This document shows, piece by piece, positions 32,181-40,838 of a DNA stretch of 64,000 bases; the first letter of the stretch is position 1, and every line of letters begins with the position of its first letter. The stretch lies in NCBI GenBank assembly GCA_963794325.1, contig CAWCDG010000002.1:64001-128000 (forward strand), written 5' to 3'. Source of the DNA: an uncultured delta proteobacterium (GTDB lineage Bacteria > Desulfobacterota > Binatia > Binatales > Binataceae). The notes beneath the pieces were generated by a model. The model was not told the DNA's origin. It did not search any database and was given only the letters and a program-made list of their open reading frames with translations. A program made the position numbers and the translations under genes.

Positions 32181-32237
32181 TATTCAGTTAATTGAATGAC
32201 ATCGCGATCGAAAAATCCCGTTCCACGGAACGGCGGC
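32106..32237 (+). repeat. Direct repeat copy 1: 3' end of the phosphatase gene plus about 57 nt downstream
   Basis: CGGCCGCTACCGCGAGCCCGAAGTTATATTCGGAGAAAC...CCGGCGGCTAGTATTCAGTTAATTGAATGACATCGC. Confidence 0.93.
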
Positions 32238-32308
32238 GCTCGGCTCGAACAAAAATCCGGACGTATTTCTATTTCTGGCGATCCTCTCTCACCCTCAAAG
32301 CCTTGTCG

Positions 32309-33178
32309 ATGACGAGTAACCGTAAGCGTGCGGTCGCCGCGGCGATGGGCGCTGCTGCAGCGCTTGGCCTGACAGTCGATGACGCGATCGTGCTCCAGGA
32401 GTCGAACAAGCTCGCTGTGCGCCTGCTGCCGTGCGACGTTCTTGCTCGGGTCGCGGAGGAGCGCATCAAGGGCTGGGCGGAGTTCGAAGTCGAGCTTGCT
32501 TTACGCCTCGCGGAAACCGGGAGTCCTGTAGCAGCGCTTGAGCCTCGGGTCGCGCCCGGCGCCTACGTGCGTGACGGCTTTGTGGTCACGCTGTGGACCT
32601 ACTACGAACCTGTGCCGTCCCGAGAGTTCGCGTCAGCCGACTACGCGCACGCGCTCGAACGGCTGCATGACTGCATGCGGCAGATCGACTTCCCGACACC
32701 GCACTTTACGGATCGAATCACCGACGCCCAACGGCTTATCGGAAGCCGCGACCAGACTCCAGAACTCGTTGACGCGGACCGTGAGCTTCTCAGCAACACG
32801 TTACGAAGTCTGCGGCAGGCGATCAGCGCTCGCGGGCGCCCCGAACAACTCCTGCACGGCGAGCCACACCCGGGCAACGTGCTCAGGACGAAGAAGGGCC
32901 TGCTGTTCATAGACCTCGAGACCTGTTGCCGCGGCCCCGTCGAGTTCGATCTCGCCTACGTGCCCGAAGAGGTGAGCGTGCTCTACCGGAGCACCGATCA
33001 ACAGCTGCTCCGCGAATGCCGGGTCCTGATGCTTGCGATGGTCGCAGCATGGCGCTGGGATCGAAACGACCAATTCCCCAACGGGCTACAAGCAGCGCGA
33101 GAATTCGTCAGCGAGCTCCGGGCGGCACTGTCGGGCGCACCCTTCTCGACGCACTTGCCGCGCTGGACTGACACCTGA
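32309..33178 (+). CDS. Aminoglycoside phosphotransferase (APH)/kinase-like family protein
   Basis: LLHGEPHPGN and FIDLE motifs (catalytic D appears as E). Confidence 0.8.
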   Translation: MTSNRKRAVAAAMGAAAALGLTVDDAIVLQESNKLAVRLLPCDVLARVAEERIKGWAEFEVELALRLAETGSPVAALEPRVAPGAYVRDGFVVTLWTYYEPVPSREFASADYAHALERLHDCMRQIDFPTPHFTDRITDAQRLIGSRDQTPELVDADRELLSNTLRSLRQAISARGRPEQLLHGEPHPGNVLRTKKGLLFIDLETCCRGPVEFDLAYVPEEVSVLYRSTDQQLLRECRVLMLAMVAAWRWDRNDQFPNGLQAAREFVSELRAALSGAPFSTHLPRWTDT

Positions 33179-33179
33179 A

Positions 33180-33523
33180 TCGCTGGTGGACGCGAGTTCA
33201 CGTGTCTTTCGCACCTCCCCGAATGTTATCGATCCGCGCATCAGCACTGGGAGTTCCTCGGTGGCATTGTAGTAGGCGAGATTGAAGAAAAACTCAGCTC
33301 CGGCAACACAGGCGTCTGCGGCATCGCGCGCGAGAAGAAAGATCGAGTCGCTGAGTCCGTACCGTGCGTTCCAGACCCCACGCTGGAGGTATTTTGCCAG
33401 CGAATCCTCAGTCGATAGGATGTGTGCGACATCTGACAAGTGCCCAAGCGCGCGCCCAGCGCCTGGCTCGGTTGCCGCGATCGAGAATCCGAGAATGTCA
33501 GCATAGAAGACGGCCGTTTTCAT
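33180..33523 (-). pseudogene. Truncated class III nucleotide-cyclase-like protein
   Basis: FYADILGFS...LSDSIFL...LMRGSITFGEV; reading then runs into the antisense of the APH gene. Confidence 0.5.
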
Positions 33524-33527
33524 CGTC

Positions 33528-33564
33528 TTGACCATTTTGGTCCAAAAGCACTAATATGGTCAAT
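33528..33564. promoter_or_regulatory. Candidate toxin-antitoxin operator (nested palindromes)
   Basis: TTGACCAT...ATGGTCAA enclosing TTTTGG-T-CCAAAA just upstream of the antitoxin. Confidence 0.5.
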
Positions 33565-33607
33565 GTCTCGCAAACGAACGGGTGCACTGGCGAGAACGGA
33601 AAAGGCC

Positions 33608-33862
33608 ATGGGCACAATTATGAAACATGTGAGGCTCGCGGAAGCCAAAGCCAAGTTGTCGGAGCTGGTTGAGGAAGTCCGGCGCGAGAGGAATCCGATA
33701 GTTATCCAGAAGCGGGACACGCCGGCGGCTGTACTGGTCGAGCCGGAGCGCTTTCGCCATCTTCAAGAAAGTGAAGATCGCTTGATGGCGCTTCAGCTCC
33801 GCGAGGCGTTGAAGGGCAAGAAGTACCCTTTGCGCAAAGTGCTCGCTGAACTTGAAAAGTGA
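33608..33862 (+). CDS. Phd/YefM family antitoxin
   Basis: VRLAEAKAKLSELVEEV...PIVIQKRDTPAAVLV; GTGA overlap with the next gene. Confidence 0.88.
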   Translation: MGTIMKHVRLAEAKAKLSELVEEVRRERNPIVIQKRDTPAAVLVEPERFRHLQESEDRLMALQLREALKGKKYPLRKVLAELEK

Positions 33863-34137
33863 CCTTCGATGTTGAGCTTTCCGAGCAAGCCAAAACATTG
33901 CTCGAAGAACTTCATCGGGACGATCGGAGAAGCTCTCGTGAATTGGCCTTACTCCTGCTGCGCCTTGAAAAAGATCCACGCCCGAATGGAAGTCGTGAGC
34001 TTGCAGTTCAGGCTGGCCCAGAGCGGAAGCGGTCGCTGGAAGAGAGGGTCTGGGACATAGCGAATTTCCGCATCCTGTACCGACTCAATGGCGCCAAGCG
34101 CCTGATCGAAGTCGGCGTTGTCAGGCGCGTCCGCTGA
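33859..34137 (+). CDS. RelE/ParE family toxin
   Basis: 92 aa; VELSEQA, LEKDPRP, FRILYRL, IEVGVVRR; coupled to the antitoxin. Confidence 0.75.
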   Translation: MTFDVELSEQAKTLLEELHRDDRRSSRELALLLLRLEKDPRPNGSRELAVQAGPERKRSLEERVWDIANFRILYRLNGAKRLIEVGVVRRVR

Positions 34138-34260
34138 TGACGGCCGCTACCGCGATCCCGAAGTTATATTCGGAGAAACCCCAGCGACCGAAACCGGCGG
34201 CTAGTATTCAGTTAATTGAATGACATCGCATCGAAAAATCCCGTGCTGACGAACGGCGGC
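34137..34260 (+). repeat. Direct repeat copy 2 (phosphatase 3' end plus downstream tail)
   Basis: Aligns with 32113-32237 with a few substitutions and one indel. Confidence 0.93.
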
Positions 34261-34402
34261 AGACCCTCGCTGAGAGAAAGCGGAGCATCGCTGCCCCGAT
34301 CGAGCCTTCTCAAGAAAAGAGTCGGCTGCGAGAACTCCTGTCGGCCGCGCCCGATCTTGGCGCCGATCGTAGTTCCATCCTCGTCTGGCTCGGGCTGAAA
34401 AC

Positions 34403-34906
34403 CTAGTTCGGACTCCATGCTCTCCGGCGAGCGAGCCATCTCGGCACATTGGCACAGTAAGCCTCGAATTGCGCACCAAACATCCCACGCAAGGTCGGTT
34501 CTTCGTACGCGATTACGACGACATGAGTGAACGCCCAGAAGAGAAGTGCCCAGACGAATACGCGCATATCTGCGAAGAAGATTGCCTCGCCTGAAAGAAT
34601 AACGAAAAGCGCGACATAGATCGGATTTCTCACATGCCGGTAGAAACCCGTAACGACCAGACGTGTCGGCGGCGCGATCGGGGCGGGCGTGCCAAGACCG
34701 TCCCATGCGAAACGTGCGAACGAACTGAGCAACGGATAGAGCCCGATCACTATCATCACCGCGCCGATCGAACGCGCGGACTGAGAATTGTTCAGCGCCG
34801 GATTCGTCTGCCACCGCGTGATCCACCACGGCACCAGTCCCACAACTGTTCCTGGCGCAATCACGAAAAAAAGCAGTGAACCCAATGAAGCCCAGACCCT
34901 GCGCAT
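34403..34906 (-). CDS. Isoprenylcysteine carboxyl methyltransferase / PEMT family membrane protein
   Basis: GTPAPIAPPTRLVVTGFYRHVRNPIY, YEEPTL, YCANVPRW. Confidence 0.88.
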   Translation of the reverse strand: MRRVWASLGSLLFFVIAPGTVVGLVPWWITRWQTNPALNNSQSARSIGAVMIVIGLYPLLSSFARFAWDGLGTPAPIAPPTRLVVTGFYRHVRNPIYVALFVILSGEAIFFADMRVFVWALLFWAFTHVVVIAYEEPTLRGMFGAQFEAYCANVPRWLARRRAWSPN

Positions 34907-34964
34907 GAAATCGTCCTTCGAGGGCGCACGACATGCCTTGCCGCCGGCTGCTAGATCGTAGTCG

Positions 34965-35258
34965 ATGTCGAATCCTCGTTCCAGCGATCCCCTCGACGCC
35001 GCCTTCGGCGACGAAACCGCCGCGACTGAGCCGCAGCGCGAGCCCGCCTATCTGTATCCGTCCTCTCGAACAAAAAGAGAGGAAAGAAAAATGGAGAGGG
35101 ATGTAGATGTTCTAGCAGAAATGACGGGTGTACGAGAGTACGGCGACGGTGAGCCGGTGGAATTGGCTCGCCGCCAAGATAATGGCCGGTTGATCATCCG
35201 CGCGTACAATGAAGGCGGATACTGCACCACTGTGATTGATTTTCTAGATTTTGGTTGA
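34965..35258 (+). CDS. Hypothetical protein
   Basis: 97-aa ORF with no recognisable motif; start uncertain. Confidence 0.4.
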   Translation: MSNPRSSDPLDAAFGDETAATEPQREPAYLYPSSRTKREERKMERDVDVLAEMTGVREYGDGEPVELARRQDNGRLIIRAYNEGGYCTTVIDFLDFG

Positions 35259-35824
35259 GCGGCTCCGGCAGGTCCAAACAATGGAGTCCTGAAAACATGA
35301 AACACAGGGCGCATCGGCGAAAACGGCGGCAGCGGTGGCAGCGTAGTCAAATTGAGAGGCTGACCGATGAGATTAACAAATGCCTGAATGCGGAATTGTG
35401 GTATGCAGCCTTGGTGCTTGTCCTAATACTGCCGGATATTTGCGTATCCTTAGAACTGTCCAAGGGCAATACAAACGGAGACCTATACGAAAAGTGGTGC
35501 AAAAAATGGCTAGCGAATGAGTACGGATCACTTGCAAAAGACTTGTACTATCTTCGTTGCGGACTCGCACATGAGGCGAAATCTCAGCATCGGGCCATCA
35601 AATCCAAACGCATCTTTTTCACTTTGGGATCAAAGGACGCCCATATGCGGCAACACAAGGAAGCCTTCACTCTGGACTTGAATACGTTCGCCGGAGACAT
35701 GACCGATGCTGTTAAAGCGTGGTACGTAAAACAAGCACAGAATCAGAATGTCCAAAGGAATATTGGTGCGGTCATTCAATACTATCCTTCGTTGGACTTC
35801 CTCAATGTGCGTGCGATTGGATAA
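35255..35824 (+). CDS. Hypothetical protein with HEPN-like RxxxxH motif
   Basis: AT-rich; AALVLVLILPDIC...YLRCGLAHE; true start probably near 35296-35350. Confidence 0.55.
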   Translation: MSGSGRSKQWSPENMKHRAHRRKRRQRWQRSQIERLTDEINKCLNAELWYAALVLVLILPDICVSLELSKGNTNGDLYEKWCKKWLANEYGSLAKDLYYLRCGLAHEAKSQHRAIKSKRIFFTLGSKDAHMRQHKEAFTLDLNTFAGDMTDAVKAWYVKQAQNQNVQRNIGAVIQYYPSLDFLNVRAIG

Positions 35825-35826
35825 GC

Positions 35827-35905
35827 GAAAGGCCGAACCCTCGCGAGTCCGGCCTTTCTAGGTCAAGGTCAGGCCGCCTGTGGGCTAATTGCTCGGCCTT
35901 TTTTT
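35827..35905 (+). terminator. Two hairpins, the second followed by a T-run (candidate intrinsic terminator)
   Basis: GAAAGGCCG/CGGCCTTTC (35827-35858) and AGGCCG/CGGCCT plus TTTTTT (35871-35905); loops are long. Confidence 0.45.
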
Positions 35906-35940
35906 CTTGTCAGCTTGATCGACTTTTTTCTTTCGGAACC

Positions 35941-36015
35941 GATCATCATAGCGGCCGCTACCGCGAGCCCGAAGTTGTATTCGGAGAAACTCCGGCTAGC
36001 GAATCCGGCGGCTAG
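35941..36015 (+). repeat. Direct repeat copy 3 (phosphatase 3' end only), abutting the recO stop
   Basis: Translates DHHSGRYREPEVVFGETPASESGG*; its CTAG also provides the recO stop. Confidence 0.93.
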
Positions 36016-36797
36016 CCTTCAGACCGACCCGCGCCCGGCAGAACTGAATCGAGAAATTCCTGGCTCCGCAGCCGGCGATCTATGATCGAGCTGATGAAAC
36101 GCGCGAGCGCCAGAGCGCCGTCCGGACCCGCAGCTTCCGATCCCGGCGAGTCGCTCATCGGCAGCACACCGAGCCTTGCAAGAATTGCGGCACCTCTGCT
36201 CGACATCTTGATTGCGCCTTCCGCCAATGACGGCCGGCATTTCGCGCATACGATGCCGCCGCGCGACACGACGAAATACACTGTCGTGGTCGCGCCGTTG
36301 TCGCCGTTGATGGTCGCGCAGATTCGGCAGCGGGTGAACTCGAGTCCGAATCCTGCCCATCCCAGCAGACGCATTTCGAACGCCTGCCGCAGAGCCGCGT
36401 CCGCGAAGCGCGTGCTGAGCGCGCCGAGTCCTTCCGACAGCACTCGGTATGCCTCCGCCGCCTCGCTCTCCTCGGTCGTGAGCGCATCGGTGAGTTCGAG
36501 CATGTAGCTGCCGAGCGCAATCTTCGCGAGGTCGTCGTCGATCACATGCTGTGTCAGGTCGGCCGCTTCGGCGCGTGTGATAAACACCAACTGCCCGTGC
36601 GGTCTCCGGCGAAAGTGCAGGACCACGTGCGAGAACGGTTCGAGCTTGCGCTCGAAGCGATGCCGCGATGCTTTGGCGCCTTTCGCGATCCCGCTGAGCT
36701 TGCCGGCGTGGAGCGTCAGTAGCGTGACGATTCGATCCGACTCGGCGTAATCGCGCGCACGGAGCACGATCGCCGGGGTTGATTCTTCGATCGGCAT
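36012..36797 (-). CDS. recO: DNA repair protein RecO
   Basis: AIVLRARDYAESDRIVTLLT...GKLSGIAKGA, LEPF, Zn-finger CRIC/CAKC. Confidence 0.93.
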   Translation of the reverse strand: MPIEESTPAIVLRARDYAESDRIVTLLTLHAGKLSGIAKGAKASRHRFERKLEPFSHVVLHFRRRPHGQLVFITRAEAADLTQHVIDDDLAKIALGSYMLELTDALTTEESEAAEAYRVLSEGLGALSTRFADAALRQAFEMRLLGWAGFGLEFTRCRICATINGDNGATTTVYFVVSRGGIVCAKCRPSLAEGAIKMSSRGAAILARLGVLPMSDSPGSEAAGPDGALALARFISSIIDRRLRSQEFLDSVLPGAGRSEG

Positions 36798-36800
36798 TTT

Positions 36801-37934
36801 CTAGTCGCCGACGCTTCTGCGGAACACAGCTTGCTGAATATCCTTGACCTCGACGCGCATCCGCTCGGCGTTGGCAATCGCGCGGCCCGACTCCGACGCT
36901 TCTTTCATCAACACGTCGAACCGCGCCGCGATATTCGCGAGCTTCGCATTCGCCTCGGTCAGCGCGCGCCGCCTGAGCTCCTCGCTCTCCCACGCACCCT
37001 CAGCGTATTCGCGCAGCTCGCGGCTCTCGAACACCAGCTCCTGGAGCTTGTCCTCGTATCCCCTGACGATTCGTCGCAGGGCCTCGACCACCTTGGGCCG
37101 CTCTTCAGGATCTTTCCACAGGACGTGCGCGAGGAACATCAGGTCGTCCTCAACGACCGCAGAGCGTCCCGCGACAATTGCGTGCGCGCGCAAAATGCCA
37201 AGCGAGTTTTTCCATCGCCGATCCGACACGACGATCTGCTCGCGCGCCAGCTCTCGGCGAATTTGCGCGATCGCCTCGAGAATCGCTCCAGGCACCGGGA
37301 CCGCCGCCACTGCCGTTCGCAGTTCATCGAGCTCCGCAAATTTCAGCGTGGTGCGCGCGCGCTCCGGACCGCCCGCCATCATGCGGATGAAGCCGTGCTC
37401 CTCGGTAATGTAGTCGGCCATGAAGCGCAGCATGAAGCGATCGTAAAGCGCGGTCAGCTCGTCCTCATCGGGCAGTTCGTTCGATGCGCCAAACATCGTG
37501 ATCAGCGGCACCGGGATGCGCTCGCGACCGTTGTGGAAAATCCGCTCGTTGATGATCGTCAACAGCGCGTTGAGGATCGACGAGTTCGCCTTGAAGATTT
37601 CGTCCAGGAACGCGATGTGCGCCTCGGGCAGCTTGTGCGTGGTGACGCGCCGGTAATCGTCTTCCTCGAGTCCCTTCAGGCTGACCGCGCCGAAGATTTC
37701 CTCCGGCGTGCTGAACTTCGTCAGCAGCCACTGAAAATAATTCGCCCCTTCGATTCGCCGGCACAGTTCGTCGGCCAGCATCGATTTCGCCGTTCCCGGC
37801 GGCCCGATTATCAGCACGTGATTCGCCGACAGCATCGCCACGATTGCGCCGTCGATCAAATCGATCCGTTCGAGGAACATCCGGTTCAGCTCCTCGCGGA
37901 TTCGCGCAAGTTTCGATAGTGCGGTGTCGGTCAT
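36801..37934 (-). CDS. MoxR-family AAA+ ATPase, RavA-like
   Basis: GPPGTAKS, LLTKFSTPEEIFG, FLDEIFKANSSILNALL, ASNELP, ALYDRF, SDRRW. Confidence 0.9.
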   Translation of the reverse strand: MTDTALSKLARIREELNRMFLERIDLIDGAIVAMLSANHVLIIGPPGTAKSMLADELCRRIEGANYFQWLLTKFSTPEEIFGAVSLKGLEEDDYRRVTTHKLPEAHIAFLDEIFKANSSILNALLTIINERIFHNGRERIPVPLITMFGASNELPDEDELTALYDRFMLRFMADYITEEHGFIRMMAGGPERARTTLKFAELDELRTAVAAVPVPGAILEAIAQIRRELAREQIVVSDRRWKNSLGILRAHAIVAGRSAVVEDDLMFLAHVLWKDPEERPKVVEALRRIVRGYEDKLQELVFESRELREYAEGAWESEELRRRALTEANAKLANIAARFDVLMKEASESGRAIANAERMRVEVKDIQQAVFRRSVGD

Positions 37935-38049
37935 TGTCTGTTCATCATGATTTTTACCAGACCGGAGACAAAGACTTAACCCCTTGCGGCTTGCCGCCGC
38001 GCCGCTGCTGGCGCTAGATCAGATAATTGTAAGCGGCAGGAGGATCGAA

Positions 38050-39246
38050 ATGGAAAAGGCGCTGAGCGGGGTCAAAGTTCTGGATATGACGCAGTTCGAG
38101 GCCGGCACCTCGTGCACCGAGATGCTCGCGTGGCTCGGCGCCGACGTCATCAAGGTCGAGTCGCCAAAGATGGGCGAGCAGGGGCGCTGGCTACTCACCG
38201 AAAAGCAGGGCGTCGATTCGTACTACTTCATTCTGCTCAACGCCAACAAACGCGGCATCACGCTCAACCTCAAGAGCGAGAAGGGCCGCGCGATGTTCAT
38301 CGACCTGGTCAAGCAAGTCGACATGCTCACGGAAAATTTCTCGCTCGGCACGCTCGAAAGCCTCGGCCTCGGCTACGATAAACTGCGCGAAATAAATCCG
38401 CGCCTCATCTACCTGACCATCAAGGGCTTCGGCACGCACGGCCCGTACAGCAAATACAAGAGCTTCGACATGATTGCGCAGGCGTCCGGCGGCGCGATGG
38501 CGCTCACCGGATTTCCCGGTTCACCACCGCTCAAGCCGGGACCGACCATCGGCGATACGGGCACCGGGATGCATGCGGCGGTCGGCGTGCTCGCCGCGTA
38601 CATTCAGCGCGAACGCACCGGCAAGGGACAGAAAGTCGAAGTCGCGATGCAGGAAGCGGTGTTGAATTTCGTGCGCGTCCCGATGATGGGCACCTACATC
38701 ACGCACAAGCCGACGCCGCGCACCGGCAACCGCGTCGGCGGCGGCGGTCCCGGCGACATCTACAGATGCGCGCCCGGCGGCGACAACGATTATTGCTACA
38801 TCCTGTGCACCTCGCCCGAGATGTTCGAGAGCCTGTGGAAAGTGATCGGCCGTCCCGAAGTCGCAAGCGAGGAACGTTTCGCGGGACGCAACCGCGCCAA
38901 GAACGTCGAACCGCTCACCGAGCTGATCACTGAATGGACCAGTCGGCACACCAAGTTCGAGGTGATGCGCATCCTCGGTGAGGCCGGCGTCCCGTGCGGC
39001 GCTGTGCTCGACAGCGTCGAGCTGTTGAACGATCCGCATCTCAAAGAGCGCGGCATGATCGTGACGATCCAACATCCGCAACGCGGCGAGTTCACGATGC
39101 CGGGATGTCCAGTGCGACTCGAGGATTCGCCGGTCGAAGTCACAGCCGCGCCGCTGCTCGGCCAGCACAATGCCGACGTCTATGGCGAGCTGCTCGGTCT
39201 CGGCGCCGGCCAGCTCGAAGACCTCAAGCGCGAAGGCATCATCTAG
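38050..39246 (+). CDS. Class III CoA transferase (formyl-CoA transferase/CaiB-BaiF family)
   Basis: VLDMTQFEAG, LGADVIKVE, NANKR, ENF, IGDTGTG, APLLGQH. Confidence 0.93.
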   Translation: MEKALSGVKVLDMTQFEAGTSCTEMLAWLGADVIKVESPKMGEQGRWLLTEKQGVDSYYFILLNANKRGITLNLKSEKGRAMFIDLVKQVDMLTENFSLGTLESLGLGYDKLREINPRLIYLTIKGFGTHGPYSKYKSFDMIAQASGGAMALTGFPGSPPLKPGPTIGDTGTGMHAAVGVLAAYIQRERTGKGQKVEVAMQEAVLNFVRVPMMGTYITHKPTPRTGNRVGGGGPGDIYRCAPGGDNDYCYILCTSPEMFESLWKVIGRPEVASEERFAGRNRAKNVEPLTELITEWTSRHTKFEVMRILGEAGVPCGAVLDSVELLNDPHLKERGMIVTIQHPQRGEFTMPGCPVRLEDSPVEVTAAPLLGQHNADVYGELLGLGAGQLEDLKREGII

Positions 39247-39257
39247 ATGCGGCTCAC

Positions 39258-40838
39258 TTGATCGGACGCGGCGACCAGTTCGAAGCGATCGAGTACCTGC
39301 GCCGCGAGGGCGAGGGCATCCTCGCACGCTTCGCGCGGTCCAAGCGTGGCATCGCGTACGCCGACCTTCGTTTCGAAGTCGTCTTTAACCGCAGTGGCGC
39401 CGCCGTGAATGGTGAGCCGCGCGACGGCTCTGAGAGCGAGAATGCCGCGTATTGCGTCTCGGTTCACGTCGCCGATCGGGCCGGTCCTGTCGGTCATGGT
39501 CAGACCGGCGCGGAAATTGGCGCGCTCGCGGGACGTCCCGCGAAATTGATAGCCGAACTGCGGCGTGGCCTCACCGAGGCCTATGACCGTGCGCGATTCA
39601 GCGCCCGCAAGAAAGCCGAACTCCTCGCGCATCTTGGCGACGCCGCGAGCGGGCTGCTCGTCGCGCCAATTCCGAATCGGAAGAAAGTTCGCGACGATGT
39701 CGACGCCACCTTCCGCCGCGACCCGCGAACTCTGTCGACCGACGAGCTCAAAAAGATTTCGCTCGATGCGTCCCACGAAGTCGCCGCGCTCGGCGACGCG
39801 ATCGCCTACCAGGTCGTCGCTGCGATGACCGAGATGCGTCGCGAGATCTTCATCGACACCGCCGGCACTGTCGTCTCGCAGGCGTACGCGTTTTCGCAGG
39901 GCGACTGCTACGTAGTCGCGCAAATTGGCGACGGCCACCAGGAAAGCTACGACTCGATCGGCCAGCAGCGCGGACTCGAGTGCCTGAGCGACGGATGGCG
40001 CGGCGAGTTGATGCCGAATCCTTCTCTCGCGAAATTTTGCGTCGACCTCGCCACCGAGGCGCGCGAGCTGGCCGCTGCTCCGGTCCTCAAACCGCCCGAC
40101 GGCGAAGTCATCGTCGTCACCGACCCGCATTTCAATGCGCTCGTCTCGCACGAAGTCATCGGCCATCCATGCGAAGCCGACCGCGCGCTCAAGATGGAAG
40201 CAGCGTACGCCGGGCGCAGTTGGTTCCTGCGCTCGCTCGCCGACAACCAGTTGGGCAAACAGGTTGCATCGCCGCTGCTATCCGCATGCTCCGATCCCAG
40301 CCTCGACGGTTACGGCCATTATCGGTACGACCACGAAGGCACGCGTGGCCGGCGTGTGATGCACATCGAGCGCGGCATCTTCAGTGGCTTTCTGAATTCG
40401 CGCGCGACCGCAGCGTTGCTCGGCGCAGAGCCCAACGGCTCGGCGCGCGCCAGCGAAGGATGGCATGTGCCGCTGATCAGAATGTCCAACACGTTTTTTC
40501 TGCCCGGCGAGACTCCGCCCGAGAAGATCATCGCCGATGTCGTGCGCGGCTATTACGTCTGCGGCCATCAGATTCCGTCGATCTCCGAATCACGCGAAAA
40601 TTTTCGAATCTCGGCGCGTCGCGTTTACGAGATCGATCATGGACGAATCGGCCGCCTCTATCGATCAGGCAGCGTTATCGCCGACTCAAAGCGCTTCTTC
40701 ACCAACGTGGACGCGGTGGGTAACGATCTACGGCTCATCGCAATCCCCAACTGCGGCAAGGGCCAGCCGATGCAGGTCAAGCGGATGTCCAACGGCGGGC
40801 CGACGCTACGCTCGCGCGCGCGGCTGGCGGGCAACTGA
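39258..40838 (+). CDS. tldD: TldD-family metalloprotease
   Basis: HEVIGHPCEADR (HExxGH), IRMSNT, CGKGQPMQ; TTG start chosen just after the upstream stop. Confidence 0.85.
   Translation: MIGRGDQFEAIEYLRREGEGILARFARSKRGIAYADLRFEVVFNRSGAAVNGEPRDGSESENAAYCVSVHVADRAGPVGHGQTGAEIGALAGRPAKLIAELRRGLTEAYDRARFSARKKAELLAHLGDAASGLLVAPIPNRKKVRDDVDATFRRDPRTLSTDELKKISLDASHEVAALGDAIAYQVVAAMTEMRREIFIDTAGTVVSQAYAFSQGDCYVVAQIGDGHQESYDSIGQQRGLECLSDGWRGELMPNPSLAKFCVDLATEARELAAAPVLKPPDGEVIVVTDPHFNALVSHEVIGHPCEADRALKMEAAYAGRSWFLRSLADNQLGKQVASPLLSACSDPSLDGYGHYRYDHEGTRGRRVMHIERGIFSGFLNSRATAALLGAEPNGSARASEGWHVPLIRMSNTFFLPGETPPEKIIADVVRGYYVCGHQIPSISESRENFRISARRVYEIDHGRIGRLYRSGSVIADSKRFFTNVDAVGNDLRLIAIPNCGKGQPMQVKRMSNGGPTLRSRARLAGN

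Noticed and set aside
32309-33178. Aminoglycoside resistance gene
   Set aside because: Only generic APH/kinase-fold motifs with a non-canonical HGE; substrate cannot be inferred. The same caution applies to the phosphinothricin-type GNAT
32106-36015. CRISPR array or classical integron
   Set aside because: Repeats are coding gene ends spaced about 2 kb apart; no cas genes, intI or attC palindromes
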